Origin: an uncultured Candidatus Saccharibacteria bacterium | Lineage (GTDB): Bacteria; Patescibacteriota; WWE3; 2-01-FULL-39-13 | Direction of reading: 5' to 3' | Assembly: GCA_964370865.1 (NCBI GenBank) | Contig: CAYJKF010000005.1 | Span: 35,281 to 99,280 of the forward strand | DNA: 64,000 nucleotides | In this document: positions 9,424 through 20,637 of the stretch, in pieces | How positions within the stretch are numbered: position 1 is the first letter of the stretch | Layout of the letters: each line of letters starts with the position of its first letter | The notes under the pieces: generated by a model | The model's input: only the letters and a program-made list of their open reading frames with translations | Databases searched by the model: none | Told to the model about the DNA's origin: nothing | Program-made: the position numbers and the translations under genes

Positions 9424-10677
9424 TTAATTCTCTTCAGATCTAAAAATTAAGCTTTTACCAAACATTGAAATGATTATTATTGGAAGTGTAGAACCAATAA
9501 TTAAGGCCATCTTTAAGGTAAACTCCTCCGATAGATCAATATCAAGGAGCATAAGCAAAGTGAGTGGAATGAATTTTCCTATATTTGACGACAATTCAAT
9601 CAAAAATTTATATTCAGGAATTAAGTTATCTTTTTCTTGATCCAAATCAATAATATTTTCTATTGTGGTGTTGTATCCAATTGATCCAGAGACCTCTAAA
9701 GTGACCATTGTGACCATATAGGCGAGAAGGACATATATATTATATTCGAATATGGTAAAGATGCTTATTCCAGCAAACAATACGGTGCTAATTGCATATA
9801 TCGATTTATAGGAATTTTGGCCTGTCAACTCGTAGGCGATTATGCTGACACAAAGTGAAAATCCTAGCAGTAAGATATTTACGATTCCCCAGTCCATAAA
9901 GTTACCAACAAAATATAGTAAAGCCACGGGGAGGATCACTGTGTTTATGCCATCATACATTCCTTCGAAAAGCTCACTTTTAGCTATTAAACTTTTTTCT
10001 GGATTTGTACCTGGGAAGGTTAATAATTTCTTAATCTCCGTTTTTCGACGAAGGTAGTTATTATGTAGGAAAAGGACGGTAAATGAGCCTAGTAGTGATG
10101 AAATTAAGATAATGTCAAACAAGGTTTCATATCCACGGTTAAAATATACTAGAAATGCAGAACCACCAATTGTTACGAGTTTGATTAGTTCTATCCAAAA
10201 AATTCTTGCGCTTTGTATTTGAAGAATGTTTTCGCGATCCTCGTATGATCTCTCGTAGGTGTATTCGGCTATAACTTTTAAGCCAGCTGCAAGTCCGCCA
10301 GATATTCCGATTAAGAGAATAAATCCATTTGTGAGGTTACTATTTAGCGTTATAAATAATACTAATTGGATTGTCTGTATAAGAAAACCTGTTAGAAGGG
10401 CAATTTTTGGTGATATTCCATTAGTTATATAAACAGATACAAAAGCTCCTAGAATTGCTGATAAAGAATATACAATTGCAAAAAAGAGTAGGGGAAGCAG
10501 TATCTCGGTTTGTTCCCATATAAAAAGTAAGATAAAAGTGAAGGAGATAAATTCAATATAAAAAGAGAATTTTCTAAAGATTTTCCAAATGGTTTTCACA
10601 AGATAACTATACATTAAGAATAAATTTACAGGAATCGGGTCAGAATTATTACAGCCGTGTATTACGACATTGCGCAA
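9424..10677 (-). CDS. Polytopic membrane protein, possibly an MFS-like transporter.
   Basis: About 11-12 predicted TM helices. No definitive signature. Confidence 0.4.
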   Translation of the reverse strand: MRNVVIHGCNNSDPIPVNLFLMYSYLVKTIWKIFRKFSFYIEFISFTFILLFIWEQTEILLPLLFFAIVYSLSAILGAFVSVYITNGISPKIALLTGFLIQTIQLVLFITLNSNLTNGFILLIGISGGLAAGLKVIAEYTYERSYEDRENILQIQSARIFWIELIKLVTIGGSAFLVYFNRGYETLFDIILISSLLGSFTVLFLHNNYLRRKTEIKKLLTFPGTNPEKSLIAKSELFEGMYDGINTVILPVALLYFVGNFMDWGIVNILLLGFSLCVSIIAYELTGQNSYKSIYAISTVLFAGISIFTIFEYNIYVLLAYMVTMVTLEVSGSIGYNTTIENIIDLDQEKDNLIPEYKFLIELSSNIGKFIPLTLLMLLDIDLSEEFTLKMALIIGSTLPIIIISMFGKSLIFRSEEN

Positions 10678-10874
10678 AGAACCTAATCCATAGCTCGTAA
10701 AAGGACAAAATTGACTGAATTAAAAAATAAAAACCAGTCCGAAAACTTTTTTATAAATTAAATAGGGAAAAGTAGTAAGTATTTTTTCTAAAAAGTCCTC
10801 CCCCAGGAAAAATTAAAAAATTATGAAATAATTCTGAACTGTACAAAACACCTTGTTAGATATACATTTTAGGT

Positions 10875-11396
10875 ATGTTAACAAGCGACAAACCCGCCCA
10901 GGCATACTATGGGCTATCCTCGACTGTTAAGTTGTTCGTGATATTAGGTTTCGTAGGTTTATTGGTTTCTCTATATTTACTATCCTCAAAAATATTCAAT
11001 TTAGACCCGGTTTGTGGGATTACCTCCTGTGGCATTGTAAATAGTAGTGAGTATTCATATTTGCTTAACATCCCTATTTCGGCCTGGGGAGTGTTGTTTT
11101 ATCTAGCAGTGATTGCAGGCGGTATCGAAATTGGCTTAATCCAAACAAAAAGAAATTCAATATTATTTCGATTAAAGCATTTGTTACATTTAGATATTCC
11201 GGAGGAACAATATTATTTAGTAATGAAAAAGCTTGTTTTTGCTTTAACCGTAACTGGAGTTATATTTTCTTCTTATCTTACTTATATTGAAGCGTTTGTT
11301 ATTCAAGCGTGGTGCCAGTGGTGCTTAGTCTCAGCATGGATAACTATTTGTTTGTTAGTTCTCTCCTTAAGCTTTTGGAAGAAGGAACTGGAATAA
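10875..11396 (+). CDS. Vitamin K epoxide reductase (VKOR)-like membrane oxidoreductase.
   Basis: A loop Cys pair CGITSC. A CQWC (CXXC) at the start of a TM helix. Four TM helices. A DsbA-like gene follows. Confidence 0.55.
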   Translation: MLTSDKPAQAYYGLSSTVKLFVILGFVGLLVSLYLLSSKIFNLDPVCGITSCGIVNSSEYSYLLNIPISAWGVLFYLAVIAGGIEIGLIQTKRNSILFRLKHLLHLDIPEEQYYLVMKKLVFALTVTGVIFSSYLTYIEAFVIQAWCQWCLVSAWITICLLVLSLSFWKKELE

Positions 11397-11418
11397 TCGC
11401 TGAATTAGTTTAATTAAT

Positions 11419-12036
11419 TTGGTTAACGGTATGAAAATTACTTTGCGTCAGCTATTTTTATTGATTCCACCTATACTAATACCGATAATAATTTTGATTC
11501 GGGTTACCTCCCATATTCCATATCTTTGGCTAATGACAAGGGATATCCCAACTTACCCAGGTTCATCCTTATATAAAACCGAATATTTCGGGGTTGGGTC
11601 ATTTAGTAATCCCGGTCCTCATCCAGTTTTATCTTATTGTTACAAGCTATCTGATGAAAATGAGAGGAAACGTTTAGTCGAAATTTGTAGGGAGGAAGTT
11701 AATGAGGGTTTGCGCAAGGAGATAGAATTTCTCAATAGCCTTGTCCAGCATCCGCTTGCAATACCTTATACATTTGAAACTGCCAAAGGTGTAAGAATCG
11801 ACGATTATAAGAAAATGTTAGCAGAAGATAATTTTCGAGATTGTCCCTCCGAGAAATTTCATAAAAAAGCTAGCGCCTTTTATAAGGATTGGCTTGTAAG
11901 CAAGGGATTTAACCAAATCCCCGAGCATGATGTAGATTATACAAACGAAAAAGCAGAGGCACGAATAATTGGATATGCTGCTAGTGAAAGCTATTGTATA
12001 CATTTTAAGGCAAACAAGTTCACAGTTTTAGAGTAG
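11419..12036 (+). CDS. Hypothetical protein with an N-terminal TM helix.
   Basis: ORF only. Confidence 0.3.
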   Translation: MVNGMKITLRQLFLLIPPILIPIIILIRVTSHIPYLWLMTRDIPTYPGSSLYKTEYFGVGSFSNPGPHPVLSYCYKLSDENERKRLVEICREEVNEGLRKEIEFLNSLVQHPLAIPYTFETAKGVRIDDYKKMLAEDNFRDCPSEKFHKKASAFYKDWLVSKGFNQIPEHDVDYTNEKAEARIIGYAASESYCIHFKANKFTVLE

Positions 12037-12118
12037 ACAAGAGCATTGGTTATTAATTCGTGTTTGTAAGGGCGATAGTATGATCATTATTCCACAATAA
12101 TCTTATTCCATATGCATC

Positions 12119-12195
12119 TGGTCGGGGTGAGAGGACTCGAACCTCTGACCTCAGCTATCCGAAAGCTGCGCGCTAGCCAACTGCGCTACACCCCG
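12119..12195 (-). tRNA. tRNA-Pro (anticodon CGG).
   Basis: The reverse complement reads CGGGGTG-TA-GCGC-AGTTGGCTA-GCGC-G-CAGCT-TTCGGAT-AGCTG-AGGTC-AGAGG-TTCGAGT-CCTCT-CACCCCG-A-CCA, a full cloverleaf. C1:G72 is typical of tRNA-Pro. Confidence 0.85.
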
Positions 12196-12280
12196 TGTGT
12201 TACTAATTATAAACCCTTTACACTTTGTATAGGATAAAAAAGTTTCTAGAAATAGATTTTTCATCTGTTATACTTTCGAT

Positions 12281-13018
12281 ATGAATTCGGAGAAACTAAT
12301 AATATCGGCCATCGTTTTGATTACTTTAGGTATTTTTGGTTTCATTGCATATACATCTTTTAAAACACCAGTTCTATCAGAATTGACACCAGAACAGATT
12401 ATCGGAGTAGAGCCTCATACCCTAGGTTCTAACGTCAACGAAGCAAAACTTGTATTAGTAGAATTTAGTGATTTTGAGTGTCCATATTGCGCACAAGTAG
12501 CACCGGTATTAGAGAATTTAGTTGCCTCAACATCAGAAGTGGCCTTAGTGTATAGGCATTTTCCAATTCCAGGTCATAGATACTCACAAATGGCCGCGAG
12601 AGCAAGCGAAGCCGCTGCAAACCAAGGTAAATTCTGGGAAATGTCCGCAGAATTATTTAAAATTTCACCCGATTTAACCGAAGAGAATATTAAAATACTA
12701 GCTAAGGATTTAGGCCTTAATGAGGAACAATTTGCCAATGATCTTTCGAGTCAAGAAACGATAGATAAAGTAACAGAAGACTTAAACAGGTCTAGGACGT
12801 TAAATCTAAACGGTACCCCTTCATTCTACGTTGTACAAGACGGAGAATTCGAAAAGCTTGATATAACTAGCATAAATTCGGTTGAAGATGAGGTTCGTAG
12901 AAGACTTGGTCAACCAGAATCCCAGCCTCAATCAGAAACAGTGCCAGAAGCAGTGTTAGAATCCCAGGTCCAACCAGTATCTGAACCAGTGACAGAACCT
13001 GAACCAGTAACGGAGTAA
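12281..13018 (+). CDS. DsbA-like thioredoxin-fold disulfide oxidoreductase with an N-terminal membrane anchor.
   Basis: A CPYC active site (FECPYCAQ). An N-terminal TM helix. A low-complexity C-terminal tail rich in P, E, Q and S. Confidence 0.7.
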   Translation: MNSEKLIISAIVLITLGIFGFIAYTSFKTPVLSELTPEQIIGVEPHTLGSNVNEAKLVLVEFSDFECPYCAQVAPVLENLVASTSEVALVYRHFPIPGHRYSQMAARASEAAANQGKFWEMSAELFKISPDLTEENIKILAKDLGLNEEQFANDLSSQETIDKVTEDLNRSRTLNLNGTPSFYVVQDGEFEKLDITSINSVEDEVRRRLGQPESQPQSETVPEAVLESQVQPVSEPVTEPEPVTE

Positions 13019-13030
13019 ACTTCGTCAACC

Positions 13031-13684
13031 CTAAACTCTAAACGCGCTTGGGCAAATATCATTTAAAGGGCAGTTTGCGCAGTCTGGTTTTTTGGCTTTG
13101 CATATATACCTACCGAGTAAAACAGTCGACGCAGAGAAAAAAATCCATTCGTCTTTATCTATTATATTCATCAGTTCGACCTCGATTTTTTCGGCATCTT
13201 TTTTATCTGAATATTTAGTTAGTCCTAGCCTCCATGCAACTCTAGATACATGTGTGTCCACTACAATTCCTTCAGTAATTCCATATATAACATGCAGTAT
13301 TACGTTCGCACTCTTTCGACCTAAACCAGGGACCTTCACTAATTCCTCCATCGATCTTGGCATTTCCCCATTATGATGTCGGATAAGATACTGGCATGCT
13401 TTAATAAGTCGGGCAACTTTGCTGTTATAAAAATTAATAGTAGAAACATATTTAGATAAGATTTCAGGGTCTTCATTAGCAAAATCTTGTGCAGTTTTAT
13501 AATGTTTGAAGAATCCTATGGTTGCCTTATTGACACCTTTATCAGTAGCTTGTGCACTTAGGATGACAGACACCATAAATTGAATGGGTGTTTCCCAGTT
13601 TTCAAGTTCAGTTTTGGGATCTTTGTAATAGGAGTGAAGTCTTGAAGTTATTTCTATCGAATTCATATGCGTAAAGATTATCAT
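13031..13684 (-). CDS. nth: Endonuclease III (Nth).
   Basis: An HhH-GPD fold (LVKVPGLGRKSANV). A C-terminal 4Fe-4S cluster CX6CX2CX5C (CKAKKPDCANCPLNDIC). Confidence 0.85.
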   Translation of the reverse strand: MIIFTHMNSIEITSRLHSYYKDPKTELENWETPIQFMVSVILSAQATDKGVNKATIGFFKHYKTAQDFANEDPEILSKYVSTINFYNSKVARLIKACQYLIRHHNGEMPRSMEELVKVPGLGRKSANVILHVIYGITEGIVVDTHVSRVAWRLGLTKYSDKKDAEKIEVELMNIIDKDEWIFFSASTVLLGRYICKAKKPDCANCPLNDICPSAFRV

Positions 13685-13719
13685 TTCAACGCGTTGTTTA
13701 GCTATGCTATTCTTAATAT

Positions 13720-14736
13720 ATGAGTACCCTACTGCCCAATAAGGTTTGTTTTTTCGAGGTCAAAGACTGGGAAAAAACACTAATAAACGACAACTTCAAA
13801 AAAGATGTGATGTTGTGCTCGGAAACATTAACCTTAGATAACTATACGGAATTTAAAGAAGCGACGGTTATTTCTGTTTTTATAAGTTCAGTATTAAACG
13901 AGGAATTATTATCCAAATTTCCAAATTTAAAAGTTATTGCGACCAGATCTACAGGATATGACCATGTAGATATTAAATATTGTCAAAGCAAAGGTATTAC
14001 GGTCTGTAATGTGCCAAGTTATGGTGAAAATACAGTTGCTGAGCATGCAATGGCGCTATTATTAGCACTTGCGAAGAGGATTCCTGAGTCGATTGACCGT
14101 GTAAAACAAGGCAATTTTCTACCAGATGGATTAACTGGTATTGATTTGAAGGATCGAGTTCTTGGCGTAATTGGTACTGGTCATATTGGAGTCAATATGA
14201 TCCAAATGGCAAATGGTTTTAAGATGAAGGTAATCGCTTATGATGCATTCCCTAAACCAGCGCTCGAATCTGAGCTAAATTTCAGTTATGTGGATTTTAA
14301 TTACTTACTAAAGAAAAGTGATGTTATTTCGATTCATGTTCCATATAGCGAAAAAACACATCACTTAATAAATAGGGACAACGTTAAAGATCTTAAAGAT
14401 AAAGTAATTCTTATAAATACATCTAGAGGAGGAATTATTGAAACTGATGCCCTTTACGATGGATTAAGATCCGGAAAAATAGGAGGAGCCGGTTTGGATG
14501 TTGTTGAACAAGAGCAGTTTATTAAGGAAGAATTAGAGCTCCTACACACTGATGAACATGGAGATATCGATTTTAAAGTGGCTTTAGAGAACCATATGAT
14601 GGCTTATTTTCCGAATGTAATAATTACTCCACATAACGCATTTAACTCTCATGAAGCTTTAATGAGAATCATAAAAACAACGATTGAGAACATCGTCTCT
14701 TATATAAATGGTGAGCCTAAAAATCTTGTTAAATAA
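13720..14736 (+). CDS. D-isomer-specific 2-hydroxyacid dehydrogenase (D-lactate/glycerate dehydrogenase family).
   Basis: An NAD-binding GVIGTGHIG. Catalytic R, E and H spacing (TSRGGII ... ITPHNA). Confidence 0.75.
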   Translation: MSTLLPNKVCFFEVKDWEKTLINDNFKKDVMLCSETLTLDNYTEFKEATVISVFISSVLNEELLSKFPNLKVIATRSTGYDHVDIKYCQSKGITVCNVPSYGENTVAEHAMALLLALAKRIPESIDRVKQGNFLPDGLTGIDLKDRVLGVIGTGHIGVNMIQMANGFKMKVIAYDAFPKPALESELNFSYVDFNYLLKKSDVISIHVPYSEKTHHLINRDNVKDLKDKVILINTSRGGIIETDALYDGLRSGKIGGAGLDVVEQEQFIKEELELLHTDEHGDIDFKVALENHMMAYFPNVIITPHNAFNSHEALMRIIKTTIENIVSYINGEPKNLVK

Positions 14737-14778
14737 GCAAGTTGTTAGTTTGCTTGCCACATAGTTTATAATTACTAA

Positions 14779-15711
14779 ATGGTTTACGACACAATTATAG
14801 TTGGTGCAGGCGCTGCGGGTTGTTCCGCCGCGATTTACGCTACAAGATACAATTTAAAAACATTAATGTTAGGTGGTCCAATGCCTGGAGGTTTAATTAC
14901 GGAGGCATCTGATGTTGAAAATTATCCGGGATTTCTATCAATTACGGGAGCTGAATTAGCGCAAAGATTTCTTGATCAAGCCGTTCAACTGGGCGCGGAG
15001 TCAAAGATTGAAATAGTAACCGATATTGATAAGCAAGGCGATATCTTTAACGTAACTACATACAATAGTAAATATCAATCAAAAAGCGTTATTTTAGCAA
15101 TGGGTACTCATCACCGTAAGTTAGGCGTACCGGGTGAAATAGAACTTGCTGGACGTGGTGTAAGCTATTGTGCAACATGTGATGCTCCTTTTTTTAAAGA
15201 TAAAACAGTAGTAGTTATTGGTGGAGGAAACAGCGCGATCGAAGGCGCTCAGGATATTTCAATGCATGCCAAAACCGTATATTTAGTATCAAGATCTACG
15301 TTGAAAGCGGCTCCAATTTATATAGATCAATTAAGAAGTAGAAAAAATATTGTTGAAATTTCAGACACAAATATCGCAAAAATTAATGGTGAAAGTAAAG
15401 TTATAAGTGTCACTTTGGATAGGCCTTATAATAACAATGCGGAATTAATTTGTGATGGAGTTTTTGTTCAAATTGGATATCAGCCTCAAAATGAATTGGC
15501 TAAAAAAATGGGAATAAAATTATCTGATTATGGATATGTGGTAGTGGATGCTGGAATGGGAACAAGTCTTCCAGGAGTATTTTCTGCTGGTGATATAAAT
15601 ACTGGATCTAATCAATTACATCAACAAGTCACATCAGCTGCAGAAGGTGCTATTGCCGCGCAGAGCGCATATAGATACGCAGCAGGTATGTCATATCTTG
15701 TAAACGCATAA
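14779..15711 (+). CDS. trxB: Thioredoxin-disulfide reductase.
   Basis: An FAD-binding GAGAAG. A redox-active CATC disulfide. A second dinucleotide motif GGGNSA. Confidence 0.85.
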   Translation: MVYDTIIVGAGAAGCSAAIYATRYNLKTLMLGGPMPGGLITEASDVENYPGFLSITGAELAQRFLDQAVQLGAESKIEIVTDIDKQGDIFNVTTYNSKYQSKSVILAMGTHHRKLGVPGEIELAGRGVSYCATCDAPFFKDKTVVVIGGGNSAIEGAQDISMHAKTVYLVSRSTLKAAPIYIDQLRSRKNIVEISDTNIAKINGESKVISVTLDRPYNNNAELICDGVFVQIGYQPQNELAKKMGIKLSDYGYVVVDAGMGTSLPGVFSAGDINTGSNQLHQQVTSAAEGAIAAQSAYRYAAGMSYLVNA

Positions 15712-15753
15712 GACATAGACTGACAAGTCACCCGGTTTTGGTAGAATATCAAC

Positions 15754-16851
15754 ATGACAAACACTTCAAAAAGAAACAACATACTGCTTAGTGGCGGAGT
15801 TGACAGCGCCGTTGCAGCTCTACTAGTTAGTAGGAATAGTAATGAATCTACGTGTTATTACATTCTATGTTGGGATACTGGGGACTATTGCCACAGTGAT
15901 AAGGACTATCAAGACGCTGTTAATATTTCCGCAACACTTGGGATTCCTTTAAAGAAATTGGACTTAAGGAATATTTACAAATCAGAGATTTTTACAAAAT
16001 TTATTGAAGATTATAAAAATGGATTAACCCCGAATCCCGATGTACTTTGTAATAGTAAAATAAAATTTGGTAGCATAACATCCTCGGTATTTGATGATGG
16101 TTATATTGTAACTGGTCATTACGCGTCTATATTCGAGGTACCCGATAGTATTAGAAGCAGGTTTAAAGTAGATGTCCAAAACTTGATTAAAATTCCTAAG
16201 GATATCAATAAGGATCAGACATATTTTCTAGCCGAAATTTTCGACTCACCATTACTAGACCGTATTAAATTTCCATTAGGTAATCTTATGAAATCTGAGG
16301 TAAGAAAAATTGCAGAAGACAATTCTATAAATGTATATAAGAAACAGGATAGCCAGGGTATCTGTTTTGTAGGAGATATTTCTATGAGAAAATTTCTCTC
16401 TACTTATATTAGTCCAAATCCCGGAAACATAATTGATAGTAACTCGGAGGTGGTAGGTAGTCATAGTGGGCTGTTTAATTACACGATAGGACAAAGAAAA
16501 GGCTTGGAGTCAGTAAAAAATGTAGGTGTTCCGCTGTACGTGATAGAGAAACGAGTGTCTGACAATACATTAATTGTTGGTTGTAGGGAAGATTGTATGT
16601 CTCAATTATTAGAAATGCTTGATTTTAAGCATGTTTTAAATAATAGCGATGTCTTGAGTAGCCTGCTAACGGAGGGGCTCTATATAAGAGTAAGATCGAG
16701 TGGCGAGTTGGTTGGTATGAAAAGTCTCACTTATATCTCTAATAATAAGGTAAAAATTGTATTAAAACAGCCTATATTTGCGCCGGCTCCTGGCCAGTAC
16801 GGAGTATTGTACTGGAATCAGTGCATTATCGGACGTGGCGTGATTTCCTAG
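15754..16851 (+). CDS. mnmA: tRNA-specific 2-thiouridylase MnmA.
   Basis: A PP-loop SGGVDSAVAA. Catalytic Cys residues (CNSKIKF, GICFVGD). Confidence 0.8.
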   Translation: MTNTSKRNNILLSGGVDSAVAALLVSRNSNESTCYYILCWDTGDYCHSDKDYQDAVNISATLGIPLKKLDLRNIYKSEIFTKFIEDYKNGLTPNPDVLCNSKIKFGSITSSVFDDGYIVTGHYASIFEVPDSIRSRFKVDVQNLIKIPKDINKDQTYFLAEIFDSPLLDRIKFPLGNLMKSEVRKIAEDNSINVYKKQDSQGICFVGDISMRKFLSTYISPNPGNIIDSNSEVVGSHSGLFNYTIGQRKGLESVKNVGVPLYVIEKRVSDNTLIVGCREDCMSQLLEMLDFKHVLNNSDVLSSLLTEGLYIRVRSSGELVGMKSLTYISNNKVKIVLKQPIFAPAPGQYGVLYWNQCIIGRGVIS

Positions 16852-16894
16852 CCTTGCTTCTTCCGACCTGTAGTTTCAACAACTCGTTAAAATA

Positions 16895-16924
16895 CTTGAC
16901 ACATTTGTGTTCATTGCGGTTAAA
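16895..16924 (+). promoter_or_regulatory. Candidate sigma70-type promoter (TTGACA, 18-nt spacer, TTAAAT).
   Basis: A consensus -35 box and a reasonable -10 box upstream of the ORF at 16952. Confidence 0.3.
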
Positions 16925-16951
16925 TTCATTAAGTAATAGACAATAATAAGC

Positions 16952-17842
16952 ATGCCCAGAAAGAATACAAAAAATACCCAACATAAATACATAGGTTTTG
17001 ATCAAATGTTGAGTCAATCATTCTGGGAACTGTTTCACTCAGATTCTAAGAGCGCTATTTGGAACAAACAAGAATTAAACCTCTCTTCATATATAAACTG
17101 GAATGAAGTCTCAAACCTAGTAGATTGGGGCCAGCTAGACTTACTCGAGAAGAAACATTTAAACTTAATAGATACAAAACCACTAGTTACCTTCGTTCAA
17201 TATGTCGGAGCTTTTTCATCTGTGTTTTTACTATTAGGTAGTTTTTCATTAAGAGTTGCACTCGACCAATATATCTATAGTCGCAATTTAGCTTTCGAAC
17301 ATGCTCAAACCTATTCATATGCGTCAGTTCCATCAAATCAAATGGAAGTCTCCGAAGCAGTATTAGGAGTTTCCACATCCAATGATACTTATGACTATAG
17401 AGATTCAGTATGGAATGAAGACACATCCGTCTTTTATGTTGAAGACGAATATGTAGAAGCCGAACCAATGGTATTTGAAGAGGTTTATGTAGAGGATGCG
17501 ATTGTAGAGGAAACTAATGAAGCGGAGTCTTCATTCAGAACAATGACTAGATCAAATCTTTGCTCTTTCAGCTATGGCGATACCATGTATGCAAGTGGTG
17601 CTACGGTTAATCAAAATCAGGTAAGCAATGAGATTTGTATTAAAAAGCCAAACTCAATAAGTAATATAAGCGCAAGACTACTCGGTGGTCTAAGTGGTGA
17701 AGATAATCTAAGCCTAAATGGTTCAGGTTGTGTAAAATTAGGGACGAAAGCCGAAGTCGATTCATCCAAACTAAATGTTGAGATGTATGATGAGAACAAT
17801 CTTAAAGTGGGTAATTGTGAACTAGTTTTCGCATCACTTTAA
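16952..17842 (+). CDS. Hypothetical protein.
   Basis: ORF only. An acidic V/E/Y-rich central region. Confidence 0.3.
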   Translation: MPRKNTKNTQHKYIGFDQMLSQSFWELFHSDSKSAIWNKQELNLSSYINWNEVSNLVDWGQLDLLEKKHLNLIDTKPLVTFVQYVGAFSSVFLLLGSFSLRVALDQYIYSRNLAFEHAQTYSYASVPSNQMEVSEAVLGVSTSNDTYDYRDSVWNEDTSVFYVEDEYVEAEPMVFEEVYVEDAIVEETNEAESSFRTMTRSNLCSFSYGDTMYASGATVNQNQVSNEICIKKPNSISNISARLLGGLSGEDNLSLNGSGCVKLGTKAEVDSSKLNVEMYDENNLKVGNCELVFASL

Positions 17843-17843
17843 T

Positions 17844-18056
17844 ATGTCATTTTCAATCAAATTCTACTCGTATATCGTCTCCTCTGTCTTGCTTTTCGCT
17901 GGAGCTTTCATAGCAATTCCTTTAACTTATAGCTTAGATGGAATGACCACTGCCAATGCAGGAACGGTAGTAACATCTACAGTAGCTGAAATAAATACCG
18001 GTCAGTCAACCTTTCCTTCAGATGAATTCAATCTTGAAGTTACCTTTTTATCATAA
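17844..18056 (+). CDS. Small hypothetical protein with an N-terminal hydrophobic helix.
   Basis: ORF only. Confidence 0.2.
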   Translation: MSFSIKFYSYIVSSVLLFAGAFIAIPLTYSLDGMTTANAGTVVTSTVAEINTGQSTFPSDEFNLEVTFLS

Positions 18057-18079
18057 TCCCAGATTTTCCTTATAGAGCA

Positions 18080-18109
18080 TTGACGGTTTGCTTATCTTAC
18101 TGCTAAAAT
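18080..18109 (+). promoter_or_regulatory. Candidate 16S rRNA promoter (TTGACG, 18-nt spacer, TAAAAT).
   Basis: Good -35 and -10 boxes about 60 nt upstream of the 16S 5' end. Confidence 0.45.
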
Positions 18110-18171
18110 TGCAATCGCAACCATTTTGTACTTTAAAAATTTAATCAAGTTTTGATTGGTGAAAAGAATTC

Positions 18172-19613
<1,442 letters not shown>

Positions 19614-19813
19614 CAAGGAGAAAAAACGGTTGGTTTCCGATGGAAATCGATCCTTTACACAAAAGGTATAGTCAACCTTGTGTATCGTATAAGAGATCTT
19701 CTCACAAAGATCTCAGACAGCTTTCGTAGAAGAGAGGCATAAATTTCTACAACGGAATTCTTTTCACCGCTTAGAACTTGATTAAAAATAAACAAAAATG
19801 TTAGACACTCTAA

Positions 19814-19843
19814 TCCGACTTAAACGTCGGATTTTTTGTTTTT
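19814..19843 (+). terminator. Intrinsic terminator about 200 nt downstream of the 16S rRNA.
   Basis: An AATCCGAC-ttaaac-GTCGGATT hairpin followed by TTTTTTGTTTTT. Confidence 0.6.
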
Positions 19844-19981
19844 CTTCGCTAGAGATATAAAGTAACCTGTAACGTAGAATATGGTCTTAAATCACTCATT
19901 AGGTGGCGTTAAGAATACGTAAATATTAGATTGACAAAAATTGGGATATAATTAAGCGATATTTTATTTAAAAATTTGTAA

Positions 19982-20494
19982 ATGAAATTCAACGTTGGAA
20001 ATCTTCCATACAGAAAGGCTGTTCATGTTTATATTTTTGATGATACTTTTGAACACCTTCTGATTGTTCGTCATAAGGGGAATAATAATGATTGGTCTAT
20101 TCCAGGCGGTGGGATTGAAGGAGACGAGAGTCCTCTTGAAACGGCAATTAGAGAGGTAAAAGAGGAATTTCAAATTGATATTGATGTGTTATTTAAATCG
20201 GATCATTCCCGTCGTTATGATTGGACGGAAAGTTTTATACAGATATTTTATAAGGATCGAAATGTATTGTACCGTGGCCAAGAAAAGATTCCTTTTGTTG
20301 CAAAGTATTATGGAAGTTTTGATCAATTAAAAGTTGATAGGGCGGAGATTTCCGAGTTTAAGTGGGTAAAGTTGAGAGAAATTCCGCAGTATTTTATAGA
20401 GGGGGATTCTAAACTAGAGAATATTGGACAAGTGTTTGACGATATAGATTCGCTTTATAATACTAATATCTCTGATTTTCTGATAAAATCTTAA
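19982..20494 (+). CDS. NUDIX hydrolase.
   Basis: Nudix box GGGIEGDESPLETAIREVKEEF (GX5EX7REUXEEXGU). Confidence 0.75.
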   Translation: MKFNVGNLPYRKAVHVYIFDDTFEHLLIVRHKGNNNDWSIPGGGIEGDESPLETAIREVKEEFQIDIDVLFKSDHSRRYDWTESFIQIFYKDRNVLYRGQEKIPFVAKYYGSFDQLKVDRAEISEFKWVKLREIPQYFIEGDSKLENIGQVFDDIDSLYNTNISDFLIKS

Positions 20495-20500
20495 TGTTTT

Positions 20501-20577
20501 GGGCAGGTAGCTCAGCTGGTTAGAGCGCCAAACTGATAATTTGGAGGTCGGAGGTTCGAGTCCTCCCCCGCCCACCA
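20501..20577 (+). tRNA. tRNA-Ile (anticodon GAU).
   Basis: GGGCAGG-TA-GCTC-AGCTGGTTA-GAGC-G-CCAAA-CTGATAA-TTTGG-AGGTC-GGAGG-TTCGAGT-CCTCC-CCCGCCC-A-CCA. One A:C mismatch in the acceptor stem. Confidence 0.85.
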
Positions 20578-20637
20578 GGGAAAAGTCGAAAAATCCCGTT
20601 TAAAAAATAGTAGTTTATAAGCCTCGAGTTAAGCTAT

